Assembly (NCBI GenBank): GCA_048128005.1
Contig: JBEUKZ010000071.1
Span: 310,001 to 374,000 of the forward strand
Length of the DNA stretch: 64,000 nt
From: Veleropilina oligotropha
Taxonomy: Eukaryota
Direction of reading: 5' to 3'
A program made the position numbers and the translations under genes. This document shows positions 1 to 10,000 of this stretch, one piece after another. The notes beneath the pieces were generated by a model that saw only the letters and a list, made by a program, of their open reading frames with translations, did not search any database and was not told where the DNA came from. The first letter of the stretch is position 1. Each line of letters opens with the position of its first letter.

Positions 1-590
1 TGGAAACATCACAGCTGCTGATTATCGAGACCAGGTGCTCACCCCTGAACTCGTTCCTTTCATAGCGGCTCATGGCCCAGGTATGCGCTGCCGCATATCG
101 CGATGTTGACACGAAATTTCCTTCAAAACGCTGGAATCAACGTCATGGACTGGCCATCAAGGTCCCCTGACCTTAATCCAATCGAGCACGTTTGGGATGC
201 ACTTGGGAGAAGGCTTCGTGGTCTTAGACACCAACCACAGAATTTGCAGGAACTTGGCGCTGCCTTGCAAGAGCAATGGCGCAGAATCCCCAACCACGTG
301 TTCACAAACATCAGGCGGTCGATGAGGAGACGGTGTTTGGCAGTGGTGAATGCGCGAGGCGGCCATACATGAGAAATTTCGAATTTCTATTCTTGTGACT
401 TGACATTCTGTATACACATGTTTTGGAACGGCGGTGTAGCCTAATGGAACTGATTGTGGCACTGTCAGTGTATCGAGTACATCACACACATCTCAGCAAT
501 TAAATAATAACAATTTAACCATTTTACCATCTCTTGTTCTTTTTTAGTGCCCAGAAGAAAGAATGTGAAGTTTCTTTTTTGACTCGGTAT
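1..590 (+). mobile_element. Tc1/mariner DNA transposon, 3' part (transposase C-terminus ending at 372, then right terminus)
   Basis: WPSRSPDLNPIEHVW is the Tc1 motif carrying the catalytic E; ends ...NARGGHT*; Tc1-like terminus aagtttcttttttgactcggta followed by TA repeats at ~568-595. Confidence 0.85.
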
Positions 591-877
591 ATATACACTC
601 AATTCAAAACTTTAACCAAATTGTTTGCGGACGGACGGACATGGCAACAACAATATTCCCCGCTACCTTCGGGCGGGGGATAAAAACTGATATACTAGCA
701 TTGACATTATAAAGGTTAACAATATTTATGTTGTTTAGTGATGATTCGAATGAGTGCAATGTCCCAGTTATCAAGTCATGCACGTATTATTGAGGGAGGA
801 ATAGTTATGCTCTACGTGTCCGGGAAAACCCACCTCCAAAGTTCATTGAATAATTTCTCTGATAAATTTGTAGTGAC

Positions 878-1317
878 CAGGGGCGGATCCAGGATTTTGT
901 GTTAGGGGGGGCGCTAAAACGAATGGCCGAAGGCCGTGAAAAATTTAGGGGGGTCCGGGGGCATGCTCCCCGGAATTTTTTTAGTTGTAGGAGGCTTAGA
1001 TGCATTTTCCTGCACTCTGGGCTGTATATTGGCCTTTTTATTTACGCCAAAATTTGATAGTTTTGGGAAACAAATGACATAAATATCGAGGTCATGCTGC
1101 CCCGGAAATTTGTTTAAAATACAATCCTCTTAAACGGCATTTACTGCAACGTCAGCGGTCGTTTGTAGATATTTTTTGACAACTTATGGTCAAATAAAAC
1201 AAACATTTACGCGTAGCCGTAAATATAGGGGCACTCTGCCGAAAGTACGGGGGCACTCTGCCGAAAATAGGGGGGGGGCGCGCGCCGCGCACGCCCCCCC
1301 TCCTAAATCCGCCACTG
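878..1317. mobile_element. Non-autonomous hAT-type MITE (or 3' terminus of the larger hAT element)
   Basis: Ends caggggcggatccagga / tcctaaatccgccactg are imperfect inverted repeats with G/C-run subterminal boxes; flanks gtgac (873-877) and gcgac (1318-1322). Confidence 0.6.
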
Positions 1318-1496
1318 GCGACGATATGGCCTCTTCTGCAATTTGAAAAGAAAAAATTGACTCCATTGATTTTGTACTATACTTTTATAACCATAAGGCA
1401 GGTTGTACATGTTTATTGGTGAATTTGAAAATCCCTGCTAATAGTTATACGGCCATATATAATGGATGTGACATTGTCTTGTAATATATATTAATG

Positions 1497-3769
1497 TCAA
1501 TCACTGAGAGGGTTTTCTAGCAGTATACGTCTTGGGTTTCTCCTTGCATAAATGTTGATGATCTCATCCAAATCTAAGCTTATGTCTTTGTGCACAACTA
1601 ATAACATAAGTGCATTAAATCTATCCTCTCCCATGGAACTTCGAAGACTTGTTTTTATTCGTCTAAGAGACGAATTTGCTCTTTCCGTGGAACTGGATGT
1701 AACAGAAGTTAAAAGCATGAGATTGAGTATCTTAACAATGTTTGGATACATTTGAGGGCTTGATTTTGAATCCAGGAGTGTTTCGGTAATTGTATCAGGG
1801 CGGTCCTGTTTCCCAGTCCACATATGACGCCACAGTTTCAATTCTTGTCGGAATGTTGATGTATCGGGCATATCTGGACCATATCGGTTGATAATATCCT
1901 GCACAGACTGTTGGTCAAGATTATCAATGCTTTTCGGCAAAAGGCACAGGGCCTGAACACTCTGCTGTGCCAAACTTCCAAATCTTGTATCTAATTGTTG
2001 GATCAGCGAGTCTACGTAGGGAAAGAAAAGTATGCGTTTGAAATCCTCTTTCGGTGTGGATGCTGGAACGTTAGATCTCTGAGTCTGTCTATTTAAATAC
2101 ATACTCTTGGTGGCTCCAGTGGCGAGACATTTGCTAATGTTGCCATATGTTCAGCTTTGCAAAACACACCTTCAAACTCATTTTCGTCGTTTCTTGTTGC
2201 TGATATAACAGCTTTTACATCCTTAACCATCCTGTATCCTTGTAACACATCTAATGTCGACCCTTGGAGCTTTCTGCTCAATCCCGTCATATATCCAAAG
2301 AAGTTATTGACGGTCTGAAAACATACAATGAACAATGGATCCGTTACTCTCTTCAGCAATCCATAAGCGTCAACGACTGCTTTCCTGTCCCAACCACGTT
2401 CTTTGGAACCTATAGCTTCAAGGCATATCAGAAGTGGTTCGTACATATCATGCAATGCCTGCAACGTTGTGTGCTTTTCGACCCACCTAGTTTGGCAAAA
2501 CACCTTAAACTTTATTTTGTCTATTCTATCTGCTTCGTCCCTTCTTGCATTTACTTCGAATATCGCAGCTTCAAGTCGCCTGCTCCGTTTAGGAGAATAC
2601 TTAAAAAAGATTCCTAGTTGTGTTATTGTGTCTAGCATTATATGCACCTCCTTTATTTGGCAGCTCTTACTGATTGCCAGGTTCAAATCATGGCTGCTAC
2701 AATAATGGTATACCGTTCGTGGGGAATGTGCAGTGAACCTTGCAGCGCACCCTGAATACTTTCCCGACATGTTCCCTGCTCCATCCATAGTCTGAGATCT
2801 GCAAAGCTGTGTGTCGAAGCCAACATCCGTCAATGACTTAATTATTAATTTGCACAACGCTTCCCCACTAATTTCCTCGCATTCCACAAACTCCAATAGA
2901 CGTTCTATGGGTTTTCCATTGGTGGTATAGCGCAATACAATTCCCAACTGTTCCCAATTACTGGCGTCAGTCACTTCATCGCATTGAAATCCATAAAATG
3001 GACCAAACGATTGGGACTTTACTTCATCAACAATTTTCCCCTGAATGAACTGCTTTATACACAACAAAAGTTCGTTCTGAGAAGATTTTGATACATATGA
3101 TGCATTTCGAGCTGATGTTTCTAAATGTCTTTGTAGTACCTCGTCACCAGCTTCAGCCCGTAACCGAAGAAGTTCCTTGAAATTACCCATGTTAAAACTG
3201 CTGTTGCAACTTGTTTCGTCATCTCGATGTCCTCTAAGTGAAATCCCTTGGCGTCCAGACATTTGATAATTGATTTAAGTATAGTTCTGTTATTTTCGAT
3301 CCTTTTGGCTCGCTGTGTGGTAAAGGTAGCATCAATCCTTGTTGACGGGTTGGAATGCGTTTGCTTAAAAGCAAAGAGCCTGGCCATAGAATCTACATGG
3401 TAGGCACAAACAGCATGACATTTAAAGTCGTTGATCGCATCTTTCCAATCTCTGTAAGGCTCTGTTATTAGTTTCTTAGATGTGAAGTGTCAGGGAACAA
3501 TACACATGCTAAACAATAAACACCATCATTACCTTGTGAGTAAGAAATGAAATCGAAAATGTGAAACCATTCCCTACTACAAAATCGCTTTATAACTCCT
3601 GTTTTCTTTCGTTTATCTTTATAAATCCTTGACGGGAATTTGAAATTTTCCTGGGGAATTCGGTTTCTAATGAGATGGTGTTTTACTTCGTCCGCACATG
3701 TACTGAAGTTCTTACCAGAGCTGATGTAGTTGCTTATATCCGAACAGACAGTTGTCGTTTGGTGCACAT
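1497..3769 (-). pseudogene. hAT (Tip100/ZMYM1/PRKRIR-like) transposase, frameshifted
   Basis: TTF-type Zn finger (WFHIFDFISYS..GVYCLACVLF), DUF4371-like GRQGISLRGH / NMGNFKELL / QCDEVTD, CQTRWVEK, hAT dimerisation SSTERANSSLRRIKTSLRSSMGEDRFNAL; frame breaks near 3480, 3262 and 2100; splice acceptor tttatttcag at ~3770. Confidence 0.9.
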
Positions 3770-4706
3770 TCTGAAATAAACAAAATAATGTAATTTTAGT
3801 GTGACAGCCTAAACGTAGTAGACATATTTAACTTACGACGTAGCAATCTATATTATATAGTAATATTGTTGCCGAGAGCGAAGTCTGAACCAATGATATA
3901 AAATATAAATTAATAAGTTCATTGGTAGGCACACATGTCAGGTACGTATCAGCTTTAAATATAACAAATCCATGATGACTGACATGATCGTTACTTTGGA
4001 CCAAAGTCAGACATTCCTATAATTATGGTAATATGTGTGATTATATTGCTTTTTTACTCGCTCGACTTTACCATATTCGTTCATCTAATATCCCCGCTTG
4101 ACTTTTAATCTTATAAGATATGAGTAGTCTCTTTACACATGTGCTTTAAAATTACCTCTTGTGTAAAGCACCGTGACGCTCCTTGCTGTTCATTCATATT
4201 TTTCTCGTTGTAAACCATTCTTGGACAATTCTCACTTAGTGTACATGCAGTTGCTTCGGTGGTGTCGCTGTCTACGAGACTCTGGTTTGCATCAGTACTG
4301 TCAGGAATGCTCATACTTGGTCTACAAACACAATAATATCAGCTTCAACTCTTACTCAGACATTGGAAATTGTATACGACATTGAATAGGTTACTGGTAC
4401 AACCGAGACAAAAAATCAAACTTTTGATGACACGCGGACTTGACAATATGTGTATAATATGAATGAATTTTATGATTATAAATTGATATATTCCAAACGA
4501 AAACTAGATTTTGACGGTATCGCTTGGACAAGTTCCGAAACAAATTATTAGGACATGTATGCTAATCAGCGCAACGTTGCGGAACATAGTAGAGGATCAC
4601 GGCCATAATTAACTGTAGACTTATATAACGAAAAGTACCAATGTGTTAACTTATGACAAAGTTCAGTTATATGTTTGCTCTATGTAATATTAATTTAAAG
4701 ATTACC

Positions 4707-5299
4707 TTAAATTGAAAGATACAGGGGTTATCTCAAACTGGATGTCCGAAGATGACAGAGAGAGGCTCATATCTTTTATGTGTTTCACCAAACTTGGGAT
4801 ATTCGGTATCTCAATGACGACAGCTTTTCCATGATCTGGTGAGCATTTACCTTCATTGTCTCGGCTGTGGGAATCCATTACAATATATTTCCCACTGTCA
4901 GAATATTTGATGCCAATAGTTGATCCTGGTTGGTTACCAACAGTCAAAAAGCATTTTGGGGAATCTTCAAAACAAAATTGTTTCGCAGATTCTAAACTAA
5001 ACGTCTGTGAATCTTTATTGTCATCTTCCTGTGTTACCATCCCACTCCTTGGTGCTTGCATTGATACCTCAAAATGTGTGTTTCCAATCAAGAGTGTTCC
5101 ACTTAGTTCTGTGACAAACATGAATCCATCATGGGTGCATACCGAACGGTATACGCTAGTCCCCATCTCTAAGATATCGTCTACATCCTTCGGAGATTTT
5201 GGATTATCAGGCGAAGACAGAAACACTAATGCAATGCAACAACATTGCCGACCTCCTTCATCAATATCACCTTGGTGCTTGTTACCTTTGCATAACAGT
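4707..5299 (-). CDS. Probable exon encoding a herpes-tegument-N/peptidase C76-like cysteine protease domain, likely part of the hAT gene
   Basis: HQGD...GRQC, DDILEMG..Y and MDSHSR...GKAVV motifs; bounded by ttttacag acceptor and ag|gtaat donor on the minus strand. Confidence 0.55.
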
Positions 5300-5433
5300 C
5301 TGTAAAACATACAAACAAAACATATAGATGACTCACTAATATAAATATATTATACAATAAACACAACAGTTCTCGATAGCTCAATTGGTAGAGCGTCGTA
5401 TGGATGAAAGGGTCGATTGACGTTTGGTGTCCT

Positions 5434-5626
5434 AGCAGCAGGGGGGGTCAGTAGACTTTTTAGAATGGGAAAATAAGGCTCCCAGCACTATTTCAGAACT
5501 GAGCTGGTTGTACTGAGGGGGACTAGGGAGTTAGGGTGGGGTCCGGGGGCCCGGGGGTGGGGGCTCCCAGCACCTGTTCAGACCCCAGGGTATAGCGTGT
5601 ATTACAAAAGTCCCCGTGTGTACAGA
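5434..5626 (+). repeat. Left terminal inverted repeat
   Basis: agcagcagggggggtcagtagac...gtgtgtacaga is the reverse complement of 21335-21528 with about a dozen differences. Confidence 0.95.
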
Positions 5627-6137
5627 CAGCGCTGTCTGAAACCAGGTTAGCTTATGAACAACAATACAATCGATAGTCTATTCATAAGCTACCTGGTTGC
5701 CTAGTTACGTCGCACACGACTGCGTTGACCTAGTAGAAGCTTGTTGTGGAGTGACTCACTGGTATTCCCTCCCGACTGAAATACATTGCCCAGTATTAAA
5801 TGAAGATTGACTGGATAATGTGGCCACATTATAATCAAGGGACAGTTAACTAATTAATGATTCGGGATTTAGTTGGCTTTACAATACGTCTATGGTGTTG
5901 TAGGTTTCATTTTAATCAACGTAGTCTATGGTAAAAGTTGTCGTGATTTAATATCCACAACATAACTGACGAGACACCTCCTCTCTTGCCTGCCATGGCT
6001 ACCTGACTATATAAGAACTGTCAGGCTTTAGTATTTATAAGATCTGGCCCTCTATGCATATGTCACAACGACCTCCTCAGAATGCTTTCGCATGTTGCGT
6101 TTCGAATTCTTGAGGAAGAAGGCTGCGTGGAGAAAAT

Positions 6138-6318
6138 GCCGAGAGATGGTCGAGAAGACACCCCAGGCTACGGCTGAAATACAAGGGGGCTTCAAGAGGG
6201 CCGAGAGATGGTCGAGAAGACACCCCAGGCTACGGCTGAAATACAAGGGGGCTTCAAGAGGGCCGAGAGATGGTCGAGAAGACACCCCAGGCTACGGCTG
6301 AAATACAAGGGGGCTTCA
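6138..6318 (+). repeat. 61-bp tandem repeat, ~3 copies
   Basis: gccgagagatggtcgagaagacaccccaggctacggctgaaatacaagggggcttcaagagg repeated with period 61. Confidence 0.95.
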
Positions 6319-6675
6319 TTCCGTGCAATTGCATGGCGAGATTGCAGCAGTTTAGATAAATATATAATTCCCGCTGGCGAGCGTGCAACTATCTGACCCA
6401 CAGCCGGTAGATAACAGTGAGAAATAATGCCCATGTTAGTGCGGGTATATACTAGGATCTTCATACCTCTAATAGGAAATCTGGGTCAGCAGCGAGCTGA
6501 ACGGGCTAATAATAGACGCGTGTGGCGATAAGAGCAGCGGCATGAATGAGGCCACAGTAGACGGCTGAACGGGCTATTAATATATGCTAGGAAAGCCGGA
6601 AATGTGTTTGAGGACAGGGAATCCCCGAGCAGCTGTTATGTAAGTATGTAGTTCCCGCTGGTAGCGTGCAGTTGC

Positions 6676-7014
6676 ATGGCGATAAGTGTCCTATTAGATA
6701 TACCCACATCACAGGATATACCCACTGCAAAGGATACGATGAAGGGCACAGACACCTGTCACTGGCTTACCATAAGCTCCACAGAACTATGTGGTAAGAA
6801 TTGTCTGAGAGAGTATTGCAAAGTCCACCTGGCTCGGCTACGGCGAAATGGCTGGGGCACAAAGCCCTGCATCGAATGCGGCAAAGGCGTCTTCAACCGG
6901 TTTACGTTGTGTAAGGGCTGTGGGTATAAGAGTGAGAACTCTATGGACTGGCAACGAAAGAAAAGGGCCTTCCGGAGAGAGTTTCTCCGCATGGCTGCAA
7001 TTTACCACATGTAA
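6676..7014 (+). CDS. Small Cys/His zinc-finger protein of the viral element
   Basis: CHWL..LCGKNCLREYCKVH and PCIECG...LCKGCG patterns, basic C-terminus; directly upstream of the replicase. Confidence 0.6.
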   Translation: MAISVLLDIPTSQDIPTAKDTMKGTDTCHWLTISSTELCGKNCLREYCKVHLARLRRNGWGTKPCIECGKGVFNRFTLCKGCGYKSENSMDWQRKKRAFRREFLRMAAIYHM

Positions 7015-7062
7015 ATTTCTTATTAGAGAAGTAAAGATCCTAGTGTATACCGGACCGGCAAC

Positions 7063-10000
7063 ATGTCGACTATGGATGACTATATAGACCAACTGCTCGC
7101 AGACATGCAGGCATCTGAAACTCTCCGGGACGTGGTTCAGAACATTCTAGACGAACCAATCCCGGAAGACGTGAAGGAGCGCTTGTTGAAGCCTCTGGTC
7201 CCATCCAAGGATCCCCAAACGGAGAGAAAGCGGAAAGCCATTGTTGAGGAATTTGACCCAATCCCCCTCTCCAAAAAGCCCCGGACAGCCCAGGACTACC
7301 AGAATGATCTTCTAGGGCTGTTTACCACAACAGAGGGGCAACAATTCATCGACCTGGATGACCAGGCCCCTCCCCCTGTAAGGCTCCCAGCAAAAGAGCC
7401 ATGGGTGGAACTCTTGAACGACGCCAAAGACGAGTTTGAGGTCGATGGCGCCGCGGCGGCCTTCTCCACATGGAGGGTAGAAGTAGAGAACATCGAAGCG
7501 AGGGCTGGCCGGCTGGCCCTGGATGCCCGTATGACAGACGCGAGAGCGGCACAGCTCCTCACAGCCCTTCCAAAAGGCGAGTATGTCCTTAGAATCAAGT
7601 TCTTGCGTGAGTGGGGTGAAGGTGACTGGACGGTCGAAGACAAGTTTGACCCGGTGAAAGCTGCGAGGAAGAAGGGCCAGGGTGTCTTTGAGATATCCCA
7701 TGACACTAAGCCGGGTGCTATCACTGGGGTCGACAAAGTCTACTACGAGAACGCCTACCCGGTCACTGCAGTCGTCTACAGCCTCTACCCTCTCAGAGAA
7801 CCAAACCCCGCCAACCTGGTCCCAATGAAGAACGGCGACCTCAACTGCGTTGCCCAAAGAGTGGTTGAGCACTTCGAAGGTGCCCTGAGAGGAAACGGAC
7901 TCACCCCGACAAGGCGGCAGAAAATACAGGAGTGGGAAGAGCGAGTCCATGTAACAGGCGCCACTGTGGATGATATATCCATCCTCGAGAAGATACTGAA
8001 GCGGGCGATCATCTTGAGAGACATCGCAGGTGCCGACATCTACAACAGTGGTAAATACCGCGGTCAAGGAAACCATACATTCAGACAAGTAGAACTCATC
8101 TGTCACAACGGCCACGCCTGGTCCAAGGACCTACACTTCCCGCAGTCTCGCGAGGTCAACATCTACGAGGGCGATGTCTGGGAAGCTATCCGACAAGCCA
8201 CACGTAATGAGCCATTGGCTGTCTGGCTCCTTGGCGGTAAAGACCGACAGCTCGGCGTGGACCAGTTCGTGCTGCAAGACGGCCGCACTTACCGGACAAA
8301 AGAGGCTCACGAGAGACTCCAAGAAGCCTGTAAGGCTCTGGGGAATGAGTCTCTCGCCGATCGAGCCTTTGGTGAGAACCATGCAGCTAGCATTATGGCC
8401 AAAGAGAACAACGGCTGGAGACCTACCCCAGCGGGCCTGCTCGATGATATCCAGAAGGCCTGCGTAGAGCATGGCCATGGTGGCCTGTGGAATTCCATGA
8501 ACTACGATACGGGCGATGTCTGCTGCATCGACATGAAAGCCTGCTACCCTGCCAGCTTTCAGGGGAAGGGCGAAGCTAAGCCGTACTTCGAAAGATTCGG
8601 GCATCCAACCCACAGCATGACGCGTGTCGCAATTAACGGTCCTCTACCCCGAGAAATCGGTACCGGGTTTGCCGAGGTCGTGGAATGGGAGTTTGCGGAA
8701 GACATCCATCCCGCCATACCCGCATGGTTCGGAAAGCACTTTGCAGAAATGAGTTGGGCTCCAACCCCGCTGCTCGCCTTCCTCGTGGAATCTAGACTGC
8801 TAAAAAGTCTCAAGATCCGAGAAGCCATCATCGCATTCAAAAAGCAGACCGAGGTCTGGCTTCCTCCGGATCGTGACCAGGGCTGCAGCATTATCGGCAA
8901 ATTCACCCAAGGCGCCAAAGCTGACGGCAAAAGATTGACCCGTAGACTGGTGATTGACCAGGGAGAGCTTGACTTCCTCGTAAGAGACACCCGCCAAAGC
9001 GGTACCCTGGTCGGCGCACCTCAAAGGTGCCCCCTCGGTCACATCCTCACGTACTATGATGGCTCGCAGCCACAGTACACCCACCTGAGGGCATCGATGC
9101 TGGCCTATGCCCACATAAACCTCTTGAGCATGCTTCAGCGTTTCACCCCTGAGGAAGCTGTCCGAGTGGCCACTGACAGCATCTACCTCAAGAAGGCCTC
9201 GTTGGAGAAGCTCGACGATGTCAAGGCGTACGTTGCCCCACAGCTCTGCGACTGTGGCGATAAATCGTGCATCTCCTGTCTGATCGGGGAGACGTACCTT
9301 CCGCCAGTAGCACCGGCCCAGTGGCGTGACAAGGGGGAACAGCTTTACCTGCCACAGGAACATGCCGCATACCTGCCCAAGCCAGAGTATTGTTGTGCCG
9401 CCAATTCCAGCCAGCCAAGCACCGCGCCATGCTACAATGACACGCTGACCCACCATCGCCTGAGTTACCTCAATGGTGGAGGGGGCTGTGGCAAGACTAC
9501 GAGAGCGATCGAGCTCTTCCGGGCAAGGAATCCCATTGTATTCACGCCAACCCACCGCCTCGCTAAAGAGATGCGAACCAGAGGCGTCAAAGCCCAGACC
9601 TACCACAGTTTCTTCCGATGGAGCGGCCAGACTGACTGGACACCCGACCGCATGGGTCAGAAGTTCATCCCCCGCGTCATTATCTGGGACGAGGTCTGTA
9701 CTGTTCCCCGGCCTATCCTCGAGATGTTCTTGGACTGGCTGGGCCACCATGAAGTTCAGGTTATCTGCTGTGGCGATCAGGGCCAGCCACCACCGATTAC
9801 GGGCGAGATGCCGCACGATTGGCTGCGACAGACCGCGGACTACTATGAGGAGATCGAAGTAGACTACAGGGCGAAAGACGACCCTGCCCTCCAAGCCCTG
9901 AAAAGACATATACGTCTCCAGCCCGACAAAATCCAGTGCGGGGAAATGCGTAAGAGTCTCCCCAGCTGCCTTGGATGGGATCGGATTGTCAACACCTGGA

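Noticed and set aside
5368..5400. tRNA gene (tagctcaattggtagagcg)
   Set aside because: Only a D-arm/A-box-like piece with no cloverleaf; a B-box-like piece sits at ~21780, so this is probably a disrupted SINE head.
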